Shown piece after piece: positions 55,370 to 64,000 of a stretch of DNA of 64,000 nucleotides (the stretch's first letter is position 1; each line of letters opens with the position of its first letter). A model generated the notes under the pieces. That model had not been told where the DNA came from. It did not search any database and saw only the letters and a list, made by a program, of their open reading frames with translations. Made by a program: the position numbers and the translations under genes. The stretch spans positions 7,378,001 to 7,442,000 of the forward strand of contig JAQFVV010000002.1 in NCBI GenBank assembly GCA_028023455.1, in the 5' to 3' direction. The stretch comes from Epiperipatus broadwayi. Its lineage: Eukaryota > Animalia > Onychophora.

Positions 55370-55499
55370 CTGGGTATTTTCTATTTAACCATAACTATGA
55401 TGATGATAAGTTTAAATTATTATTTCAATTTCTCCTCTGGGTGTTTTCCATTTAACCATAGCTATGATGATGGTAAGTTTAAATTATTATTTCAATTTC
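55370..55499. repeat. Tandem duplication, 67-bp period
   Basis: ctgggt.ttttc.atttaaccata.ctatgatgatg.taagtttaaattattatttcaatttc occurs twice. Confidence 0.85.
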
Positions 55500-56520
55500 A
55501 TTTAGGTTGCTTAGATGTGAATGTAGTTTTTTTTGTTTTGGTGGCTGGTTCTCCTCTAAAACTGGACATCAGATTTATTCATACATATTAATGCATATCA
55601 AACACACATTCAAGTGGTATCTTCACTTGCTGACAATTTTTTTCAGGATTCAGTGATGAATTTTCAGCTTGCCCTCTACCAATTTGACAGTATGAAGCAG
55701 ATAAGGGCTTCTCTACTCTTGCATTGTAGATCTGGCAAAACAACAGATTAATGATCATTCTCTTAGTTACAGCAGATGAATAATGAAAGCAGAATAATAA
55801 TCAGAATACTGGCAGAAAAAAATAATTATATGATTAAATTGTGAGCACTATTTATATTCACTGCAGTTATCTTATCAGTAAAATTTGGATTCATCACTTG
55901 TCTTTTAGATTCCATGATCTATTGGCTATAGATAACTTCAGAGAATCCATTGTGGTCTATTACTTATTTGCCATATATGCAAATTTTTATTTTTGAATGG
56001 GAATAACAGCCTTTTTCATTTAAATCATACCAATTATTTACCTCCTTAATTTAATCTATCAATCTGTTTACTGTTTCCAAATATTTTAATTAATTCTGTC
56101 CTAGAATTTCATTTCCACTTTTAATCATCATTAAAAGAAAATGCATTTTACTTTTAACCTACTTCTAAACTCAATTTAGAATTAATTAGCTTTTGTAACT
56201 TTTAAGAAAATATTTCATTTAACTTAATTTAACAAAATAACTTTACAATTACTATAATTACTATACTGTATACATTTATCTGTGCATATAACTCATCTAT
56301 ATAACTTTTACTTTTAAAATTATTTAAACCTTTTAAATTTAAAACTTCTTCATGACTTTTAATTTACATATATATATATATGAAAGCACATATATAGATT
56401 CAATTTATAACACAGGCAAAACTCTCCATACAGCAGTGTCACTCAGTGCCAAACAGAATAATCAATGAATGTCAGAAGGCTTGTGCATAAAATACCTATC
56501 TAGTGCCTACTTATCCAATA

Positions 56521-56562
56521 TTCACAGACTAGTTTCTGGCTTGTGGCTTTCGTCAGTGAGGA
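56521..56562 (-). ncRNA. Minimal type I hammerhead, core intact, stems weakened
   Basis: UCCUCA-CUGACGA-AAGC-CACAA-GCC-A-GAAAC-UA-GUC|UGUGAA. Confidence 0.7.
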
Positions 56563-56970
56563 GCTTTGGATCTGAGATCACTGCATCTAGATTTTAGGAT
56601 CTAATGCAATCCTCCAGCAGCCACCTTTTATCTCTACTTAACTACAAAACTATGAGAATAAAATTGCAAACACAAAAATATTTTTCAATCTAAGCTCAAT
56701 AGTTTATATAGTCATATGGGTCTGAACTCAATTCAGTACCTATATATTTTGGGGTCTTTGGGTCTTTAACAACCATAGCCACCACTATCCTATTAGGCAG
56801 GATTAATGTTAAATCACTAAACATCACATGATCTCCATTCTTATGCTAGCACATAACTGTTATTAACACTGGCAAAACTCCATACAGTAGTGCCACTCAG
56901 TGCCAACCAGAGTAATCAATGGATGAAGGCTTGTGCATAAAATCCCTATCTAATGCTTACTCATGCAATA

Positions 56971-57012
56971 TCCCCAGACTAGTTTCTGGCTTTTGGCCTT
57001 CATCAGTAAGGA
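56971..57012 (-). ncRNA. Minimal type I hammerhead, best-preserved copy
   Basis: UCCUUA-CUGAUGA-A-GGC-CAAAA-GCC-A-GAAAC-UA-GUC|UGGGGA. Stem I has 6 bp (two GU pairs), stem II has 3 GC pairs, helix III is the palindrome ACUAGU, and the triplet is GUC. Confidence 0.8.
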
Positions 57013-57226
57013 GCTTTGAATCTGAGAGCTAAAGACCCCAAAATGTATGGGTACTGAACTGAGTTCAGACCCATATGACCAAATAAGCTATTGAGCTTAG
57101 ATTGAAAATATTTTTGTGTTTTCAATTTTATTCTCATAGTTTTGTAGTTAAATAGAGATAAAAGGTGGCTGCTGGAGAGTTGCATTAGATCCTAAGATCT
57201 AGGTGCAGTTCTCTCAGATCCAAAGC

Positions 57227-57268
57227 TCCTCACTGACAAAGTCCACAAACCAGAAACTAGTTTGGGGA
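57227..57268 (+). ncRNA. Hammerhead copy with core mutations (G8A, C17U)
   Basis: UCCUCA-CUGACAA-AGUCCACAAACC-A-GAAAC-UA-GUU-UGGGGA. Confidence 0.65.
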
Positions 57269-58649
57269 TATTGCATGAGTAGGCACTAGATAGGGATTTT
57301 ATGCACAAGCCTTCTGGCATCCATTGATTACTCTGGTTGGCACTGAGTGGCACTACTGTATGGAGAGTTTTGCCTGTGTTAATAAGTTATGTGCTAGCAT
57401 AAGAAATGCAGATCATGTGATGTTTAGTGATTCAATATATAGATATATGATTTTCATTAAATTTTTACTCTTTTTGCTCATTGTATTTGTTTTGTGATTT
57501 TTTTAATTGTTGATAAAATTCATCTCTAATTGAAAATATTTTGCTAATTGATAGTATAAGTTTTTTTTTAAATGAAAATTTGTGAGCATGTCAGCTATTT
57601 AAAAAATATAAAAAAATAACAGGTCAAATTAACTAAACTTAATTTTATTCTCCTCTCCATAAACTTTTTATCCATAATATTAATGTTGTGTCTGTAAAAT
57701 TAATATTTTATGTATAGTATTTTTTTCACTTTATATCTTTACTAACACTAAGCAGATGGAAGTTCAAAGAATACATAAATCATAAATTTACACAAACTAA
57801 AAAAAATGTTCTTAATAATTTTCTGGACAAAATATATTGTAATAAACTTTATAGGATCAGTTTACTAGTATTGTATATTATTTATTTCCATTTCTTTTAT
57901 TGATAATAAATATAAATGTTTGCAAATAACTTGTGGAGAATTTTTATCTGTGCTACTAAGCTTTAAAAGTATTATCAATCACCTAAGAAACACCTTAAGA
58001 ATCAAATTATGGAATATATTTAATATTAAACCTTCCACAATATTTTTCATAAATATAATATTACTTCTAACATTATCACTTGATGATTATTCAAGTGAAA
58101 TCAGAAAATGAAAAAAAAAACCAAGTATAAACATTTTATATAATAAAGATAAGTCTCTGTGATTCATTTTTTATTACCAGCTGACATGCAACAGACTACC
58201 AGAAGGCACATTCTCATATCTAATGTTCTGAATTACTTGAACAAAGTTTTTTTTATTAATAAACATGTACAATATGTTAGTCCTTATAGCTTTTTAAGGG
58301 TGATAATCTTCATAAAAGTTTTTTATGTGAATAAAGAAAAAATGTAGGATTATTTACATTTAATGAATCAGATAGGATTAGAAGAAAATTATATCAAGAA
58401 TGTTATTTTTTTTTGTAATAAACAATAAAAGATTATGTTGGTGTCAGTTGATCATAGTTATGTCATTAATAAAAAAAATTGTTTTATAAAAATGAACAGA
58501 AAAAGCATTCCTAAAATACACCAATTACTATGATGAAAATTTTATGAACTAGCTAGAATAATAAAAGTTGACTGTGACATAATGCCAACTAATAACAATA
58601 ATAATACCAAAAATAACATATTATTCCGAGTTTACACAATATTTTATAG

Positions 58650-58750
58650 AAAAACACCATACTTCCTTTATTCTGCTGCCATCTATTGCACATTCTAGAT
58701 AATACTGCTTATAAAAATCCATATTCAGTGCAATCCTACTACATTTTAAG
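58650..58750 (+). CDS. Weak candidate exon (KNTILPLFCCHLLHILDNTAYKNPYSVQSYYIL)
   Basis: Acceptor attttatag and donor AG|gtttgt enclose one open frame. Not recognised, and it could be chance. Confidence 0.25.
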
Positions 58751-58970
58751 GTTTGTTTTTGACTTATGCTTTTATCAGAGAGAAATTTGGTCCTGAATCT
58801 AATGTATTTTGATCTTCTGAACTTATTTTTAGTTGAAAAATGCATTATTCAGTGCAATCCTATTACATTTTAAGGTTTGTTTCTGACTTATGCTTTTATC
58901 AGAGAGAAATTTGGTCCTGAATCTAATGTATTTTGATCTTCTGAACTTATTTTTAGTTGAAAAATGCATT
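58723..58970. repeat. Recent 124-bp tandem duplication
   Basis: 58723-58846 and 58847-58970 differ at only two positions seen. Confidence 0.95.
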
Positions 58971-59011
58971 GGGCTCAAAATGTACATATTTTATAAGCAC
59001 CACCATTTAGT

Positions 59012-59172
59012 GGCTGCAGAAAGGAGTTTTTATTAACTGAAAGGAGACCCTTTGATTCCCCTTGAAGGTCTTAAGGAATTGAGCAGGGAAAATTCCTAAT
59101 ATCAACTCCATACGTTCTTGTCATTGCAGTTGTTATTATTATGTGATTATTTATATAGTATACAAACATGGA
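59012..59172 (+). ncRNA. Decayed HDV-like ribozyme candidate at the RTE 5' terminus
   Basis: P1 GGCUGCA (59012-18) / UGCAGUU (59125-31); P2 UCCAU (59107-11) / AUGGA (59168-72); P3 ACG / CAU; L3 UUCUUGU; AU-rich P4; J4/2 CAAA. The strands appear in the HDV order. Confidence 0.55.
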
Positions 59173-60419
59173 TGGCCTGCTCACCAACACCCATTAGCAA
59201 GTGTGATGAGTTTATAGGCTTTTTACCTCTGAGTCTAAGATCAAGAAATACCACGGTCTTTCTTCTCAGTTGCATGATAAGGCAGAATGAATGTATATGT
59301 AAATTATAAATATTTTTAATATAGACATATACAATCATGACATACAAAAATAAATCATGATCCTTACTCCCAGGAGACTGTAAAGTCACCAACCAAGGCA
59401 GTGGTTGGTGGCTGAAGACAGAGGGTGCTAATTTGTGGACCCAGGTCGTCATTTGATGATGACTTTTTATTTGGGTACTTAAACTGCAGATCACTTTCAA
59501 GTGAAGGAAGATTGTAAGAATTAGAAGAACTGTCTTATATTAAATGGGACATTATTGGATTTTGTGAAGTTAGAAAAAAAGGTGAAGAGATAATTGATTT
59601 AAATGGTGAACATGTACTCTACCATAAAGGCACAAATATGGGAAATACATGTGAAGTAGGATTCATTATAAATAAAAAGTGGAACAACAACATTGTGAAG
59701 ATTGATGGTGTATCGGACAGAATGGCAAAATTAATTATACAGCTTAATAACAGATACCAAATGCATATAATTTAGGGTTATACCCCAAACAAGTTCTCAT
59801 AGTGATGAAATAGTAGAAGATTTTTATATGAATGTACAAAGGCTTTTGTCAGAATGAACAACATTTTAAAATTGTTATGGGAGACATTAATGCTAGAATT
59901 GGTAAACAAATGAAAGATGAAAGTGCTGTAGGTAATTTTGGTTATGGTAATAGAAATGAGAGAGGACATAGATTTGAGGAGTTTGTAGAAAAGGGAAAAC
60001 TTTATATAATGAATTCTTTTTTGAGAAAAATGTTAAAAAGAAATGGACATGAAAGCATCCAAATGAAGGTACATCAATTGATCATCGATTAGTAATATGT
60101 AAGATACGTGTTAATGCAAAACTAGAAAGACAAAAATTATTACAAAAAACAATATTTACACTTGATATTCCTCATCTTCAGAAACATTCTAATGAATTTA
60201 AATTAGATTTACAAATCAGATTCAAGTATTAGTAAATTTTGAACATAATTCAGATTTGATTGAAATTAATATGAAAATAACTGATATACTTTTAAAAACT
60301 GCAACAAAGATATCCTGGGGTAAAAAAGCAGCAATTGACCAATAAAATTTCTACTAAGACTAGAGAATTTATAAAGAAAAGAAGGAATATGAATATATAT
60401 AAAAATGATGTATTAAAAA

Positions 60420-60527
60420 GTCTTGCATTGGTGGTCAAGAGGTCAGCATGACTGCCTTGCATTTGCAGGCAGTTGCCTGGGTTGTGGGTTCACGTCCCGG
60501 CTGATGCTATGACACTTAAAAAAAAAA
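60420..60527 (+). mobile_element. tRNA-derived SINE nested in the RTE
   Basis: Reverse complement of the 44385-44494 copy. Inserted at tt/aaaaa, with an A tail. Confidence 0.85.
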
Positions 60528-63500
60528 GGATTGAATATCTCGAATTTTGTAAAATGTAAGAGTTGAAAATGATATAAGAAAGTATAACTGTGAACCAGCA
60601 AGAAAAGCTGTAGAAAAGAATAAAAGTCTCAAGAGTGTAAAATAATACTTTGGTATTGGTAGAAAATTTATATCTGCAATAAGAAAAAAAAGAAAGAATT
60701 ATTACTAAAAAGAGAGATGACATCATGAAATGGGTAGAAGACTTCTATTAAGAATTATATAGTAATAAAGAACAAGTACCTCCTATATCTATTATATTGT
60801 CCAAATTGCCCAGAATTTTAAATGAAGAAGTGAAACATGTGATTAAATTTATGAAGGAAAGAAAAGCTCCAGATAATGATGGAATTATAATTGATATATT
60901 AAAAAAAGCAGGTGAAGAAATATAATTTTTTTTAGCAAAGTTATATATCAAATACCTAAATGATAAAGATGTACCAGATGATTGGAAGAAATGCAATATT
61001 AATATTAATATTTTAAAAAAGAGATAAAGAAGATATTAGAAATTACAGACCTATCAGCCTTTTATTAGTTTTATACAAAATTTTTACTAAGATAATTACA
61101 ACTCATCTACAGAGAACATTGGATTTCCACCAACTAAGAGAACAAGCTGAATTTAAAAGTGGTTTTAGTACAGTAGATCATATCCAGGTATTGAGAGAAA
61201 TTATAGAAAGGACAAATGAATATGAGTTGTCATTATGCTTTGGATTTGTAGATTATGAAAAGGCATTTGATTCTATAAACATTTTTTCAATGACTAACGC
61301 ATTGTATCACCAAGGTATAGATCCAGAATATTGTCATATTTTAAAGAATATTTATAAAAATGCAACAGCAATGATTAGATTACATAATGATACTAGGAAT
61401 CAACATTATGAAGGGTGTAAGACAGGGTGACTCCATATTTCCAAAACTTTTTACAGCAGCGCTGCAAGAAGTACTTTGTGGATTAAAATGGGAAGCTAAA
61501 AGAATGAAAGTAAATGAATATTATTTAAGACATTCAGATTTTGCAGATGATGTAATTGTTTTTTGTAAATAATGCTTTAGAGCTGCAGGAAATGTTGCAG
61601 GAGTTATCAGATGAGTAAGAAAGTAAGACTAAAAATAACTGTTAAAAAGACTAAAGTAATGTTTAATGGATTTTCTCAAAATATGAAAATAAAGATTGAT
61701 TATGAGAAAAAGTTAACAGCTACAAACACCTTGGTCAGATTCTTAATACAGATTCAAACATACTAGATATTAATCGTAGAATTAAACTTGGTTGGAGTGC
61801 TTTTGATAGAAATAACTTAATACTAAAAGGAAATATGCCTATGTGTTTGAAAAGAAAGGTTTTGTGTTTTATCAGTTCTTACTTATGGAGCTGAGACTTG
61901 GACACTTAACAAAAGAGCAATATAGAGATTTCAGACCACTCAAAAAAGTATGTAGAGATGCATGTTGGGAGTAACAAGAAGAGATCGAAAACGCAATATA
62001 TGGGTAAGAGAACAAACAGGTATTACTGACCATTGAAAAAATTAAAAGACTGAAGTGGACTTGGGCTGGGCATATTGCTAGAAGGGATGATAATAGATAA
62101 ACAATTGAAATCTTAAACGGGATTCCAAAAGATTGTAAAAGACCCAGAAAAAGACCACATGTGAGATGGATCGATGAAATAAAAAAGTGTTCAGGGTGAT
62201 GTGGAGAAGAGAAGCTAAAGATCAGAGAAGATGGGTTAAACTTGGAGAGACCTTCATCCTGCAGTGGATTGATAATGGTTGATGATGATGATGATGACCA
62301 TTTAGTATGTATAAGGGACGAGAAGAACATTGTAGATTAAATAGAGTCTGCTCCTGAAATAATAATAATAATAACAACAATAATAATAATCATCATCAAA
62401 AAATTTAAAGCCTTACAATAATTTATAATATGATTTAATAATACAATATAAAATAAATAAGTTTTTTTCATTACTAAATATTAAACTATCTATAACAAGA
62501 CATTAAATAAAAATAAATAATTTAAATAGTTATTTTTTGGCGGGTCATGCACATTGTAGCAACAAAATGGCAAGTGGAGTTTCCATTAGATATCTTTAGA
62601 AAACATTTCCACTGGTAGAAGATATTTTTATTATTTATCATTGACTTTTCAGAGAAAATTAATTGACAGTAGTGACATTCTTCTATGGGCTCTTAAATTT
62701 ACTCCTCACATTGTAGCTTTTAAAACTGAAAGAAACTTGTCACTATTCTTATCAGAATAAATCATTCATTATTGTAGAACAATTCACAAAAAATTCTCAT
62801 GTTTGTATAATTTGTTAGTAGTTCAAATAAAAATTGGATTTAACAAAGATAATTTCTATATATTTAATAATCTAAAAATATTTTTTTACTATGATTAAAA
62901 GTCATTGATATTATAACTGAATCATCATAAAGTATATATATATGTTTAGATGGTGAACAATTACTCTCTAATAATCCCTCTCTATCCATTGTTACATTTG
63001 ATTCCAAATTTTTCTAGAGCTAATAGAAAATTCTATCTAATAAACATGCTTAATATTTTTTCTCTCTCTCAATCTCATATAAACACACACACACACACAC
63101 ACACTAATAATATAACTTCATTCTTTAATGTATATATTAATGCTACAATAAACATAATTAACAAAAAAGTAGAATAACTCAGTTATGAAAAAGTCAATTT
63201 AGTAATAAATTTAAAGTATAAAGTAATTTTGCATGCTGAGCATGTACTGAGAGTGCAAGATGAGAAAGTAAATGATGAAGAGATGATTCATAATTACATT
63301 CATGCTAATGAAAAATTCATAAAATTTATGAATTCAAATTTATATTTTTTTTACATATTTTATAAAACTACGATTACTGCAACTATGAATGGTTAAACAG
63401 TCCATACAGAACATGCTGTTTATTAAAAGGTTAGCATTCATTAACATTATAGTGGAACCATGAATTACACTATATTTTGAACCAATCCCACCTCATTTTC

Positions 63501-64000
63501 AAACATACGTTTTATATAGAAACTCACATTTTGCCAATAAACATTGATTAGAATAGAGTATATATTGGTCATTGAACTGCAAGTGTACAATATTTTTTAC
63601 AATGCATGGTACTCATCTTTTAGCTAAAGATGCCGCTCTATGGTGCGGTTTTCGCACCAAAACACATAAAAATGCTGTTTCCATGGCCGACACATTCAAA
63701 CCTGCATTTTCTATAATACAACTTTTTTGTTGTGCTACAGAATGCAGGCCGCTATGTCACATCGCAGTACAGCATGTATGTTGCATAGCAGCAAATACAT
63801 TTTCCGAATTTGCACAATTTATAAAATAATTACGGCTTAATGAGAGAGTTTGTATTTGAATTGTATTGAAATGTTGTTTTCATTGGATTTTTTTTTATTT
63901 TAAAGTATTGAAATGTTCAGATTTTTTAAAGCAATAATTCTAAGACTTTTTACAACATACTGTATTGAACTTTTATTTGGGAAAATGTTAAATATCTATG

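Larger units (their letters stand above)
56405..57432. mobile_element. Non-coding hammerhead-bearing multimer (450-nt unit): 1.4 tandem units on the minus strand fused 5'-to-5' to 0.9 unit on the plus strand
   Basis: 56405-56575 repeats at about 56860-57028, and 57030-57432 is the reverse complement of these segments. Three hammerhead motifs are present. A probable 8-bp TSD gattcaat lies at about 56397-56404 and 57429-57436. Confidence 0.9.
59012..62296 (+). mobile_element. Full-length decayed RTE-clade LINE
   Basis: 10-bp TSD accatttagt at 59002-59011 and 62297-62306. Endonuclease 'KWDIIGFCEVRKKGE' and 'VMGDINARIGK'; RT 'NYRPISLL', 'FVDYEKAFDS', 'GVRQGDSIFPKLF' and 'DFADD'; (GAT)n tail. Many stops and frameshifts. 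Confidence 0.95.

Noticed and set aside
59044-59108. Alternative HDV fold with P1 = GAGACC/GGUCUU
   Set aside because: L3 would be too short and the start is about 30 nt inside the TSD-defined end. These helices fit better as the J1/2 insertion of the fold starting at 59012.
60420-60527. Functional tRNA genes (three copies)
   Set aside because: They have an 11-nt anticodon-position loop, an imperfect T stem, A tails and, in two copies, clear TSDs, which indicates SINEs.

Overview
This is very AT-rich (roughly three-quarters A+T by eye), CpG-depleted eukaryotic DNA, most likely a large invertebrate animal genome; the taxon cannot be determined from this sequence. It reads as intronic or intergenic sequence packed with nested transposon remains. 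These include a Penelope-like (PLE) GIY-YIG fragment, several RTE-clade LINE copies (one full-length with a 10-bp TSD), a C-poor LINE split by a young hAT, two Ty3/Gypsy elements (one with both LTRs), a second hAT, a ~100-nt tRNA-like SINE in three copies and several foldback repeats. No intact gene, rRNA, true tRNA or CRISPR array is visible; only a few isolated candidate exons of an unidentified plus-strand host gene. Nearly all ORFs in the supplied track are TE fragments, antisense shadows or chance ORFs. The most interesting signal is self-cleaving RNA. Two different non-coding repeat families (450-nt and 245-nt periods) carry minimal type I hammerhead motifs, arranged as tandem multimers fused 5'-to-5' to an inverted copy, which resembles PLE-dependent retrozyme-like elements. 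A decayed HDV-like double-pseudoknot fold begins exactly at the 5' nucleotide of the full-length RTE. All folds were assigned by eye, and novelty could not be checked against databases.
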